Shown here in pieces: positions 27,784-37,187 of a stretch of DNA of 64,000 nucleotides. The notes beneath the pieces are model-generated. The model did no database searches. It was not told the DNA's origin and saw only the letters and a list, made by a program, of their open reading frames with translations. Source of the DNA: Candidatus Saccharimonadota bacterium (GTDB taxonomy: Bacteria > Patescibacteriota > Saccharimonadia > CAILAD01 > BJGX01); NCBI GenBank assembly GCA_016191105.1, contig JACPPH010000002.1, positions 67,268 through 131,267 on the forward strand, read 5' to 3'. Both the position numbers and the translations under genes were made by a program. Each line of letters starts with the position of its first letter. Within the stretch, counting starts at the first letter, position 1.

Positions 27784-28794
27784 ATGTTGGTGGAAAAAGC
27801 TCTCCAAGATATCGCGAATTACAATGGCAAGTTAGGGGAGACTTTTTATTTACGTGATATCAGGCTACCCAAAGTTGAAGTTAGCTCTAAGCTCAAACAA
27901 GAAGCAGGTAGGCGTCGATTTTTAACAAACCCAACCACCAAGCAGCGATTTGAGGCTAGGTTTTTGAACTGGCCCGACAAAGATAGCAGAGACATCGTGC
28001 CGGTTATAAACATCCTGCCCTGGGCGGCTTATTTTGCCTACCCGGCTATTCAGTATACTATGCGAGTAAGCGGCGCGTTTTACCCCATGCCCGTAGTCTT
28101 GATTGCCTCGCTTGGCGCTAGCCGATCTTCCAAACTAAAACAACACCAGCATAGCAAGATAAAATCTGATCGCAGCTTCCATATTCTGGCAGATCTTATG
28201 CTCGAATCGCTAAAAGCCGAGGGGTTTAAGAAGATTCATTTGTCGGGCTACTCAATGGGTGGCGGGGTGGCTGCGGCGCTGGCGGCCAGAGCGCATGAGT
28301 ATGGCATTGAGGTTGGGCTGGTTATGCTACCCGAACCAACCGGTCTACAAAACTTAACTCGAGCCGATTTGTGGCATGTGCTAACGGGTGGTGACCGCGA
28401 CGACATGTATGGCTACATCGACAAGGCTGGCGAACTGCGGTTTACACAAAACAAGTTTCGACAAATTGGCATTAAACTTTATAACAATGGCTACCTTATA
28501 AGGCGGGCTAAGGCTCATCTCTCCACCTATCCGGCAGCCATAGCAAACCAGAACATCGACAAAGACTTGTTTAATGCATTAGATCACCAGCCACATATGA
28601 GGGCGGTCGTTCTGCTGGCGCGCGAAAGCTCAGTCTCGCCTTATTCGGTTAGTCTAGAGTTGCGTGATCAGATTAAATTGAAGGGTTATAGTAAACGTTG
28701 CAAGGTAGTCGAAATTGTCGATGCTCACCATGCCGTAAAAGAAAACAACGCCAAATTCTGCTGGCTGTTGCCATACTATATGGTGAACTTGTAA
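27784..28794 (+). CDS. alpha/beta-hydrolase fold protein
   Basis: Nucleophile elbow 'GYSMGG', and a C-terminal 'DAHHA' candidate catalytic His. Confidence 0.55.
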   Translation: MLVEKALQDIANYNGKLGETFYLRDIRLPKVEVSSKLKQEAGRRRFLTNPTTKQRFEARFLNWPDKDSRDIVPVINILPWAAYFAYPAIQYTMRVSGAFYPMPVVLIASLGASRSSKLKQHQHSKIKSDRSFHILADLMLESLKAEGFKKIHLSGYSMGGGVAAALAARAHEYGIEVGLVMLPEPTGLQNLTRADLWHVLTGGDRDDMYGYIDKAGELRFTQNKFRQIGIKLYNNGYLIRRAKAHLSTYPAAIANQNIDKDLFNALDHQPHMRAVVLLARESSVSPYSVSLELRDQIKLKGYSKRCKVVEIVDAHHAVKENNAKFCWLLPYYMVNL

Positions 28795-28834
28795 TTCTTT
28801 AGCGCTCCTAAATCTTAGAATGTTCTAAAACTTG

Positions 28835-28877
28835 GGAACGCGCTGCAGGGTTGAAACCCTGCAGCGTTGCACGTTCC
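28835..28877. terminator. bidirectional hairpin CGCTGCAGGG-ttgaaa-CCCTGCAGCG with an outer GGAACG/CGTTCC
   Basis: Perfect 10-bp stem between convergent genes. Confidence 0.7.
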
Positions 28878-28880
28878 TTG

Positions 28881-29696
28881 TCAGTCAACGCTGTAGCAGC
28901 CGTTGATCGGGTTGCGAGGGCGGTACTCGTGCAGCATCCACGATGGCAGCATGGCCTCCATGAGGTCGAGCACCAACGGTTCGATCGCCTCGATCGGCGT
29001 GGACCGGCCGTACTGGTCGCGCCTGACATATGGCTGGCTGTAGACCGAATAGCTGGTCTCGCCACCCACCCGTGGATAGTGCTCCACGTAGTAGGCGCAA
29101 CCGGCGTTGACGGCAGCGGTGCTGAACACCATCTTGGTGACCTCGAGCTCGTTGTTCTGGAGGATGTTCAGCCCCTGGTGCGCGATGTTGCCACCGGAGT
29201 TGCTGTTGTGCCACCAGAACGTCAGCTCATTGCGGGTGCCGTAGCGTCCGAAGGCCTCCATGCTCCAGATGTCTCGCCTCCAGAAGCACCTGATGTCGCG
29301 CCAGGGCTGCATCGGACACAGGGAGTTGAGCACGCAGTTGTAGCACTGCATGTCTGCCCCCAGGTAGCACGCCCTGAATGACTTGCCGCAGCTCGAGCAG
29401 TGCTGCTTGGGCATGTCGATCGGCAGGCTGTCCGGGTTGCCAGGGAAGTAGGCAGTGCCGGCACCTGTACGCTCGACCACGCCCAGCTGTCGCTCGAACT
29501 CCGCATGTTGCTCGGGCGTGTAGGCGCCCGAGAGCAGACGCGCGGTGTTGCGATCGGCTTGCTCGACTTGAACCCGGCCTGGCTTGCCCAACTTGATGTT
29601 GGTGGGCTTGCTCCAGCCGTCGCTTCCTTCGCCCCAAGCCTTCTCGGGGTCGGCCACGAAGTTCAGAAGGGTCTTGAGTAGGGTATCCAGTTGCAT
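28881..29696 (-). CDS. hypothetical Cys-rich protein (high-GC islet)
   Basis: About 62% GC. The frame is supported by the RBS AAGGAGG 8 nt before the ATG and by the downstream terminator. Cys cluster 'CSSCGKSFRACYLGADMQCYNCVLNSLCP'. Confidence 0.5.
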   Translation of the reverse strand: MQLDTLLKTLLNFVADPEKAWGEGSDGWSKPTNIKLGKPGRVQVEQADRNTARLLSGAYTPEQHAEFERQLGVVERTGAGTAYFPGNPDSLPIDMPKQHCSSCGKSFRACYLGADMQCYNCVLNSLCPMQPWRDIRCFWRRDIWSMEAFGRYGTRNELTFWWHNSNSGGNIAHQGLNILQNNELEVTKMVFSTAAVNAGCAYYVEHYPRVGGETSYSVYSQPYVRRDQYGRSTPIEAIEPLVLDLMEAMLPSWMLHEYRPRNPINGCYSVD

Positions 29697-29921
29697 ATCT
29701 GGCTCCTCCTTGAGGGTGGTTGATTGCGTTGGACTTGCTAATCAGATAAGCTATCTGGCAAAAAACCCAACACAATCATGAGGAAATATTGACAAGGAAC
29801 GATAGGTGTCATACTAGCATAAAAGCTATTAAAAGTCAATAGCTATGGAGATCTTTCGTCTTTTCTGTTTACAGAAGCGTTCAAGATGACAAAGGTGGAG
29901 CGAAATGATAAAGTATAAGGC

Positions 29922-30644
29922 ATGCAAGCAAAACGACTAGTATTCGATATCGAGATGACAGGTGAGGACTTTGATAGTTTTGATGAGATTACTCAAAAAG
30001 ACCTAGCCAAAAAACTACCAGATAAAAAACTTGAACCAGCTAAATACAAGCAAGCTTTAGAAGATCTTAAGACCAATCTAGTTTTTAGCCCCCTAACAGG
30101 TAAGATAGTAGCAATTGGGGTGTACGACATCGATGCCGAAAAAGGTGCTATTTACTACGATACCGATGGCAATAAGGCCGAAGAGTCTGAAGACGAGACT
30201 TTTAAATACGTGCCTATGAGCGAGGCTGAGATGCTGGTTAAATTCTGGGCATTGGCCGAAGTTACCGACGAGTTTATAAGCTTTTTTGGCCGCCGCGCCG
30301 ATGTGCCCTATATGATGATCCGCTCAGCCATAAACGGCATTCGGCCTACGCGCGATCTGGTAAGCAATCGCTATAATTCAACCGGCATTCGTAGCGCTAA
30401 ACATGTTGACTTGTTTGATAGCCTAACCTTTTACGGCGGGGCGATGTACAAGGGTAGCCTGCACCGTTGGTGCCGAGCCTTTGGTATTGACAGCCCTAAG
30501 GGCAATGGCATGAGTGGCGCCGATGTAGAACCAGCCTATCGAGCCGGCAAATACCTAGATATCGCCAAATACAACAGCCAAGATTTAATAGCTACCGCCA
30601 AGCTTTATCACCATTGGGATCAATATTTACGTGAAAGGAACTAA
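29922..30644 (+). CDS. RNase H-like 3'-5' exonuclease (PolB-exonuclease-like, COG3298 type)
   Basis: 'LVFDIEMTG', 'ISFFGRRADVPYM', 'YNSQDLIAT'. Confidence 0.65.
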   Translation: MQAKRLVFDIEMTGEDFDSFDEITQKDLAKKLPDKKLEPAKYKQALEDLKTNLVFSPLTGKIVAIGVYDIDAEKGAIYYDTDGNKAEESEDETFKYVPMSEAEMLVKFWALAEVTDEFISFFGRRADVPYMMIRSAINGIRPTRDLVSNRYNSTGIRSAKHVDLFDSLTFYGGAMYKGSLHRWCRAFGIDSPKGNGMSGADVEPAYRAGKYLDIAKYNSQDLIATAKLYHHWDQYLRERN

Positions 30645-31115
30645 ATGAGCATAGAAGCCGGCAAAAAGGCGCCAGATTTTAACTTGCCTGACCAAGACGG
30701 TAAAAACCACAAGCTGAGCGATCTAAAAGGCAACATAACCTTAATTTACTTCTACCCCAAAGATGAAACACCCGGCTGTACCATCCAAGCTTGCAGCTTG
30801 CGAGATAATTTTGAACTCCTGCAAAAAGACGGTGTAAATGTGGTTGGTGTAAGTAAAGACGACGTAGCCAGCCACGCCAAGTTTTCGAAGCATCACAAGC
30901 TGCCGTTTCCAATATTGGCTGATCCAGATAAAAAAATGATTGAGGCTTACGAGGCCTGGGGCGAGCGCAATTTGTATGGCCGCAAATTTATGGGCACAGT
31001 GCGTTCGGCTGTGCTAGTGGGGCCAAAACTAACTGTATTAAGGCATTGGCCCAAGATTTCGCCGCTTAAGACTGTACCCGAAGTTCGAAAGTGGCTTAAA
31101 CAGCAAACCACATAG
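30645..31115 (+). CDS. bcp: thiol peroxidase Bcp (peroxiredoxin Q/BCP)
   Basis: 'YFYPKDETPGCTIQACSLRD'. Confidence 0.88.
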   Translation: MSIEAGKKAPDFNLPDQDGKNHKLSDLKGNITLIYFYPKDETPGCTIQACSLRDNFELLQKDGVNVVGVSKDDVASHAKFSKHHKLPFPILADPDKKMIEAYEAWGERNLYGRKFMGTVRSAVLVGPKLTVLRHWPKISPLKTVPEVRKWLKQQTT

Positions 31116-31248
31116 CTCACGAATTTCTTTGTTAAAACCTGCAGCCCTCGCCCAACCTAGACTGACTGTGCCTTGTTTCCGGGCTTTGGTTTTGCCTTGA
31201 GCTTCATCGATCTATGATGTTCTCGATAACTAGGTTACAATTAAAAGC

Positions 31249-31764
31249 ATGTTGCAAGCATTTAGCGCCTTACTTGTAGCTGTTGTGGCCGCAGTGCTGA
31301 TGGCGGTAATAGCCTGTTTTGGCTTGATTTTTGTTTTCTGGCGCGGCGCGCCTTATTTGCCAACTTTTCAAACCGAGATCGATAGGCTGTTTAAAAGCAT
31401 CAAACTGCCCAAAAGGGCTTTAGTGGTTGATTTGGGCAGTGGCGACGGGCGATTGTTAAAAACCGCCGCCGAGAATGGCTTCGCGGCAGTTGGCTATGAG
31501 ATCAATCCAGTGTTGTGGTTGCTCTCAAGTTGGCGGCTGCGTAAGCTCAAAAATGTAAAGGTTAGGTTCCGGAGCCTGTGGAAAGCCGATTTGGCAGAGG
31601 CCGATATGGTATTCATATTTGGTATTACCCGCATTATGTCTAAGCTCGAGGTCAAGTTAGATTGCGAGTTAAAGTCTGGTGCGACTTTAGTTTGTAATAC
31701 CTTTGAGCTAAAAAAAGCCAAGCAAACGAGGCATTTGGGTACTCTGCATTTGTATAAATTTTGA
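31249..31764 (+). CDS. small class I SAM-dependent methyltransferase-like protein
   Basis: Motif I 'VVDLGSGDGRL'. Leaderless: TACAAT at 31236-31241, then 7 nt, then the ATG. Confidence 0.55.
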   Translation: MLQAFSALLVAVVAAVLMAVIACFGLIFVFWRGAPYLPTFQTEIDRLFKSIKLPKRALVVDLGSGDGRLLKTAAENGFAAVGYEINPVLWLLSSWRLRKLKNVKVRFRSLWKADLAEADMVFIFGITRIMSKLEVKLDCELKSGATLVCNTFELKKAKQTRHLGTLHLYKF

Positions 31765-31820
31765 CTGCAAGGTAGCTAATTGATTACAATAATAGTTAAG
31801 CAAAAAGGAGATCGGCACTA

Positions 31821-32414
31821 ATGAGCTTAGAAGCAACCCCCCTAAAATATAAGTCTTTACCTGGCTTAAGCGAAAAACAACTAAGCGAGCACCACGATGT
31901 GCTGTACGCCGGCTATGTTAAAAAATACAATGAGATTGTCGAAAAGCTTCAAACAGTTGATTTGGATAGTACCAATGGCACATATTCTAATATTCGAGAA
32001 CTACAGCTCGAAAAGAGCTTTGCCTTAAACGGCATAAAACTGCACGAGTATTACTTCGACAACATGACAGATAAGCCGAACCAGTGTAGTGGCAAAGTTA
32101 AAGAGTTAATCGAAAAACAATGGGGTAGCGTCGATAAGTGGGCGGCTGAATTTTCGGCCATGGGTATTGCCTCGCGCGGTTGGGTGGTGCTTGGTTGGAA
32201 CTACGATACTGAAAAACTCGAAAACTACCTTTGCGACATGCACAACCAGGGTGGGGTTTGGAACACTCAAACCTTACTAGTTATGGATGTCTATGAGCAC
32301 GCCTATTTTCTGGACTACGCAACAGCTCGCAAGGATTATGTAGCGGCCTTTATGAAGTTAATTGATTGGGACGAGGTGAACACCCGAGCCACAATCAATC
32401 ATATCGGTCAATAA
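31821..32414 (+). CDS. Fe/Mn-family superoxide dismutase (divergent)
   Basis: 'LHEYYFDNM', 'SRGWVVLGW', 'DVYEHAYFLDY'. Metal ligands are conserved. Confidence 0.75.
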   Translation: MSLEATPLKYKSLPGLSEKQLSEHHDVLYAGYVKKYNEIVEKLQTVDLDSTNGTYSNIRELQLEKSFALNGIKLHEYYFDNMTDKPNQCSGKVKELIEKQWGSVDKWAAEFSAMGIASRGWVVLGWNYDTEKLENYLCDMHNQGGVWNTQTLLVMDVYEHAYFLDYATARKDYVAAFMKLIDWDEVNTRATINHIGQ

Positions 32415-32429
32415 TAGAAAGGAATAAAT

Positions 32430-32960
32430 ATGTTAAAACTTAATCAACCAGCACCAGACTTTACACAGCCGGCCTACGAAAAAGGCCTAAAGGAAGATTA
32501 TAAAGAGATAAGCCTCAAGGACTATCGGGGTAAGTGGGTGGTGCTGTTCTTTTACCCACGCGACTTTACTTTTGTGTGCCCTACCGAGATTCAAGGCTTT
32601 GCCAAGCACGAAGCCGAGTTCAAAAAAGCCAACACTGTGGTTTTAGCGGCCAGCACTGATAGTGTATACAGCCATAAGGCGTGGTTTGAGCGTGATTTAG
32701 CTGACGTTGGGTTTTCGGTTTTGGCCGATGCCTCACATACACTGGCTCGTGACTACGAAGTTTTGAATGAACTTAACGGTGAGGCTGAGCGTGGCACCTT
32801 TGTGATCGACCCAGATGGCAATCTGCGTTATGTGGTGCTCTCTGATAGCAACGTTGGTCGTAGCGTCGAAGAGACTCTGCGTGTAGTCAAGGCTCTACAG
32901 ACCGGGGGTTTATGCCCCATGGACTGGAGGCCAGGCGACCCAAATCTTAAAAAAGATTAA
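32430..32960 (+). CDS. peroxiredoxin (AhpC/Prx1 family)
   Basis: 'FFYPRDFTFVCPTEI'. Confidence 0.88.
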   Translation: MLKLNQPAPDFTQPAYEKGLKEDYKEISLKDYRGKWVVLFFYPRDFTFVCPTEIQGFAKHEAEFKKANTVVLAASTDSVYSHKAWFERDLADVGFSVLADASHTLARDYEVLNELNGEAERGTFVIDPDGNLRYVVLSDSNVGRSVEETLRVVKALQTGGLCPMDWRPGDPNLKKD

Positions 32961-32964
32961 CCGA

Positions 32965-33717
32965 GTGGAATCAGGAGGGAACTTGCAAAACGAATCACCG
33001 GCCCCACTGCCAAATAGTGAAGCTCCAGAGTCAGAAAAGCACACAGATTTGTCAGTAAATTCGCCAAAAAGCAGTCAGGCCAAATACAAACGCATGCGTC
33101 TTGTCGCAATGGTACTAGGGGGGGTGTGCTTTGTTTTGCTTATTTTGGTGGCGGTGTTTGCTACCCGCGCCAGCGTAAACGATGCCACCATCCAGGCTGC
33201 AGTCAAAAAAGGGGAGGCTCAAGGTCGCGATGCTCAAAAGGCCGAAGACGACAAGAATTATGCCTTGCAACAAAACAAAGACACGCGGGTGTATAAGGCT
33301 CCAGATGCCTATGGTGCTTATGAGTTAAGTCTGCCAAAATACTTTAGCCTTTCACTGACTCCAGGCACAAACGGCGCTCTCAGTTCACTGGCCGATCCAG
33401 ATGTGGTAGATGTCAAGGCTGCTCAGCATGCCCTGCGCATGGATATTCAAACCACAACATATGATCAAGTCAAAAAGAATTACGATAGCCTGGTCAAAGA
33501 TAAGCGCAATGGCATTACAGCAGAGGAGGTAACCGTTTCTGGCATTAAAGGTATTAAATACACGGGTATAATCGATAAAAGCAACAATAACAGCGTTGCT
33601 GGTACTGTCGTTTTACTGCCGGTACGTGACAAAACATATATCTTGCGAACCGATAACAACGAAAAATACCAGGCCGTGTATCAGCAGATACTAGATCAGA
33701 TCAAAATTAACCCATAA
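32965..33717 (+). CDS. hypothetical membrane-anchored extracytoplasmic protein
   Basis: A single TM helix around residue 45. No domain recognised. Confidence 0.4.
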   Translation: MESGGNLQNESPAPLPNSEAPESEKHTDLSVNSPKSSQAKYKRMRLVAMVLGGVCFVLLILVAVFATRASVNDATIQAAVKKGEAQGRDAQKAEDDKNYALQQNKDTRVYKAPDAYGAYELSLPKYFSLSLTPGTNGALSSLADPDVVDVKAAQHALRMDIQTTTYDQVKKNYDSLVKDKRNGITAEEVTVSGIKGIKYTGIIDKSNNNSVAGTVVLLPVRDKTYILRTDNNEKYQAVYQQILDQIKINP

Positions 33718-33989
33718 CTCTTTAACTGGCATTCGAAAATCAGAAAGCCAGCAAGGCTAAGTACTTCTATCCGAGCATCCGCCAGCCGGCGAACCGTCTC
33801 TGCCGCAGGATAGAAAACGAGGCCCAAGCTGGCGCTTCTAGATTTGAGCACATGTCGGAAGCTTTGATAATTCTTGGCTGCAAAGAAGTGCTGGCCGCAG
33901 GCCATAGTTTAAAGGGTTTCACCAGAGCAACTCAATAACAAAGATGCTTATGGTTGTATGCCACAGGCAGTCTCTAGTAGTCTAGAGGG

Positions 33990-34625
33990 GTGGGTGAGTT
34001 TAACAGCAGTTTTAATTTAACATTTGCCAGCGCCGATATTATTTTGCTCAAGGCGATAGTGAATAATCTAGCTCAAACCAATTTGGCAATTGGCGGCTAT
34101 GTTCAGCTAATCGAGGAGGACTCGGGCAAACAATCTCGAGAGCTGAATAGGCAGCTAGCGAGAGCCACGAAGCTTCAGCTTAAGTGTTTGCAGCAAGCCA
34201 AGTTGCTTATAAGGATAATCGAAAACTTAAAGCACGAAGATTGTGCTGGCATTGACTTGGCTGCCATTATATCCGAAAAGTGCTCATTTACCCGAAGTTA
34301 CCGATTGCCCGAAGTTGTTGCCTGTCCCGAGCTTATGCAATTATCCTTTGAACTAATCGCTGGCCTTTCGCTTGGCAAACCAAAGCTCAACTTTCGCCGC
34401 CGGCCGGGCTATATTGTAATAAGATTTGCTGGCCCGCGTGGCTGGTTGAACAAACTAAAAACAAGTAGTGTGGTCCGCTACTCCGATGATCTTAACCAAC
34501 TAACATTGTTTTTTTTGCAAAAAGTAGCATCGAAGTGTGGCGGCCGCTTGCACATTGCTGGCAACCCAGCCAAGCTGTATTTGCGCTTACGCCTTAGCAC
34601 TCAGCTTACAATTGATATACAATAG
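33990..34625 (+). CDS. hypothetical protein, possibly a degenerate histidine-kinase-like (HATPase-like) partner of the adjacent receiver
   Basis: Coiled-coil N-terminus without an H-box. C-terminal 'GGRLHIAGNPAKLYLRLRL' resembles a G2 box. Its stop abuts the RR gene. Confidence 0.3.
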   Translation: MGEFNSSFNLTFASADIILLKAIVNNLAQTNLAIGGYVQLIEEDSGKQSRELNRQLARATKLQLKCLQQAKLLIRIIENLKHEDCAGIDLAAIISEKCSFTRSYRLPEVVACPELMQLSFELIAGLSLGKPKLNFRRRPGYIVIRFAGPRGWLNKLKTSSVVRYSDDLNQLTLFFLQKVASKCGGRLHIAGNPAKLYLRLRLSTQLTIDIQ

Positions 34626-34629
34626 CAAT

Positions 34630-35031
34630 ATGAGTGCTAAAACCCAAAAAACCATATTTTTGATCGAAGACGACAACCTATTGGCCACCATGTACAAGAC
34701 AAAGTTTGAGATGATGGGCTACGGGGTGCAAACCTGTGAAAATGCCGAAATGTGCCTGCTAGATCTCAAAAAAGGTGCTAAGCCAGATATCTTCTTGGTA
34801 GATATTTTGTTGCCCGGTATGAATGGGTTGCAACTAATCAAAGAAATTCGCAAGCAACCACAGTACAACGAAGTGCCGATCGTGATTTTAACTAATCTCC
34901 ATCCGGCCGAGGTCGATCTTAAACATGAGTTGTCGCAGAGTCTGGGTATTGTTGGCTTTTATGTTAAATCGCAAATTTCGCCTCGTGAGTTGGTCGGCCA
35001 GGTTACGGCAATTCTTGAAGAACCGAAGTGA
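34630..35031 (+). CDS. stand-alone response regulator receiver (CheY-like)
   Basis: 'IFLIEDD', phospho-acceptor 'FLVDILLPGMNG', 'KEIR', 'PIVILT'. Confidence 0.85.
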   Translation: MSAKTQKTIFLIEDDNLLATMYKTKFEMMGYGVQTCENAEMCLLDLKKGAKPDIFLVDILLPGMNGLQLIKEIRKQPQYNEVPIVILTNLHPAEVDLKHELSQSLGIVGFYVKSQISPRELVGQVTAILEEPK

Positions 35032-35735
35032 GGGATTTCTTAGCAACCGGTTTTGTGCTGCGTCGCTACAACCAAGCCGAAACTAACCGCATACTAATCT
35101 TTTTTAGCCAACAGCAGGGCAAGCTTAAACTTATGGCCAAGGGGGTGCGCAAAGTTGGCAGCCGACGAGCTGGGCATTTGGAGCCATTTGTACTAACACG
35201 CCTCCATCTGCACCGAGGTCGAACTTTCGATATTGTAACCACCGCCGAAGCTCAAAAGGTTTACGATTTAGACTTTAGCAACCTCGAGCAAATCAGCTTG
35301 GGCTATCTGTTTTTAGAGATGGTCGACAAAACTGCCGTTGAACACCAAAAGAACCAAGCTATTTTTGAGTTGTTACAGGAAAGTTTTGGCTGGTTGTCGA
35401 GCCGAGACGATAGCAAGCTGCTACGAATCTACTTTTGTGTTAAACTTTTGCAGGCCCTGGGCAACCAGCCCAATCTAGATGTTCAACAGGGCCAAAAACA
35501 CTATCTGTCGTACGACGATGGCCGGGTGTTGGCCACCAAGCCCGCTGGTCCGGCTGGCGAGATATCAATCGAGGTCATTAAGCTGTGGCGACTGGTGTAT
35601 AGCCATAACTTTTCGGTGGTTAAACGAGTGAGCGTGGACTCGAAGCAACTGGACTTGGCCCAGAATCTGCTCGACAAGTACTTTCAGTATCACTTTGGGC
35701 TCAGTTTTCGCTCTAGCTCGATCTTAAAACAATAA
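35028..35735 (+). CDS. recO: DNA repair protein RecO
   Basis: N-terminal OB fold 'GFVLRRYNQAETNRILIFFSQQQGKLKLMAKGVRK'. Confidence 0.8.
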   Translation: MRDFLATGFVLRRYNQAETNRILIFFSQQQGKLKLMAKGVRKVGSRRAGHLEPFVLTRLHLHRGRTFDIVTTAEAQKVYDLDFSNLEQISLGYLFLEMVDKTAVEHQKNQAIFELLQESFGWLSSRDDSKLLRIYFCVKLLQALGNQPNLDVQQGQKHYLSYDDGRVLATKPAGPAGEISIEVIKLWRLVYSHNFSVVKRVSVDSKQLDLAQNLLDKYFQYHFGLSFRSSSILKQ

Positions 35736-35831
35736 GCTTGCTTATTGTCCTGAGCGAAGCGAAGGATCTGGGAGATTCCTCACAAAGTTCAGAATGACAA
35801 CTACAGGTTTAGTACGGTATAATATAGCATT

Positions 35832-37187
35832 ATGGCCACAGAGAAAAACAAAATCACTATGGAGGAGCTGGTAAGTTACTGCAAGCGCCGTGGCTTTGTG
35901 TTTCAGGCTAGTGAGATCTATGGTGGCGTGGCTGGTATGTACGACTTTGGCCCATACGGGGTTGAGCTCAAAAACAATCTCAAGCGAGCTTGGTGGACTG
36001 AAATGGTCTACAAAAACCCAAACATCTATGGTTTAGACAGTGCGATTATTCAACACCCCAAAGTCTGGGAGGCTTCTGGGCACACGGAGCGCTTTAATGA
36101 TCCTATGGTTGATTGTCGCAACTGTAAGCACCGTTACCGAGCCGACAAGCTGGCCGAGGTCGATGATGTTACCAACGAAGAGCTTGTTGAGCTGTTAGCA
36201 AACATCAAATGCCCTAATTGCGGTAAGATCGACTGGACAGAACCTAAAGCCTTCAACTTGTTGGTTGAAGCACACATGGGTTCAATTGAGGGGGAAAAGA
36301 ACATTGTGTATCTGCGGGGTGAAACCTGCCAGGGGATTTACACCGACTACAATAGCGTGCGCGAAACTATGCGGGCCAAGATTCCGTTCGGCATTGCGCA
36401 AATCGGCAAGGCCTTTCGTAACGAGATTACCCCAGGAGATTTCCTGTTCCGGCAACGTGAGTTTGAGCAGGCCGAGTTGCAAGTATTTGTGCATCCCGAT
36501 ATGGCCAATGAAGTGTTTGCGCACTGGAAAGAAGCACGCATGGCTTGGCACCAGAAGTTCTTAACCAAAGACAACTTACGTTTTCGAGAGCATGGCGAAA
36601 AAGAACGAGCTCACTATGCCAAGGCAGCCTGGGACATTGAATACAAATTCCCATTTGGCTTTAAAGAAATGGAAGGTATTCATAACCGGGGTGATTGGGA
36701 CCTTAGTCGACATAGCAAATATAGTGGCAGTGATCTACAATACTTCGACGAAGAATCGGGCAAAAAATACATACCCTGGATTGTGGAAACCTCGGTTGGA
36801 GTGGACCGAATGTTCCTAGCCACACTAATAGATGCTTATACCGAAGAAGAAGTAAAAGGTGAAGCACGCGTGGTATTAAAACTACCAAAAGAGCTAGCGC
36901 CGGTCAAAGTTGCCGTACTACCGCTGAGTAAGAAGCCCGAACTTAACAAGGTTGCTACAGAAGTATTTAGCTCAATCGCTGGTGAATATAATGTAGAATA
37001 CGACGAAACTCAAAGCATTGGTAAGCGCTACCGCCGCCAAGATGAGATCGGCACACCATACTGCGTAACCGTCGACTTCGAAAGCCTAGACGATCAGGCT
37101 GTAACCGTTCGCGAACGCGATAGCATGAAACAAGAGCGCGTGAAGATTGAAGAACTCAAGGGCTATCTCGAGGACAAACTCAAGTGA
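35832..37187 (+). CDS. glyQS: glycine--tRNA ligase (dimeric class II type)
   Basis: 'RRGFVFQASEIYGG', motif 2 'FRNEI', Zn knuckle 'CRNCKHRYRAD..CPNC'. Leaderless: TATAAT at 35818-35823, then 8 nt, then the ATG. Confidence 0.9.
   Translation: MATEKNKITMEELVSYCKRRGFVFQASEIYGGVAGMYDFGPYGVELKNNLKRAWWTEMVYKNPNIYGLDSAIIQHPKVWEASGHTERFNDPMVDCRNCKHRYRADKLAEVDDVTNEELVELLANIKCPNCGKIDWTEPKAFNLLVEAHMGSIEGEKNIVYLRGETCQGIYTDYNSVRETMRAKIPFGIAQIGKAFRNEITPGDFLFRQREFEQAELQVFVHPDMANEVFAHWKEARMAWHQKFLTKDNLRFREHGEKERAHYAKAAWDIEYKFPFGFKEMEGIHNRGDWDLSRHSKYSGSDLQYFDEESGKKYIPWIVETSVGVDRMFLATLIDAYTEEEVKGEARVVLKLPKELAPVKVAVLPLSKKPELNKVATEVFSSIAGEYNVEYDETQSIGKRYRRQDEIGTPYCVTVDFESLDDQAVTVRERDSMKQERVKIEELKGYLEDKLK

Noticed and set aside
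33696-33905. 69-aa minus-strand ORF in the spacer after the membrane-anchored protein gene
   Set aside because: It overlaps the 3' end of the upstream gene, has no RBS and shows no domain signal.
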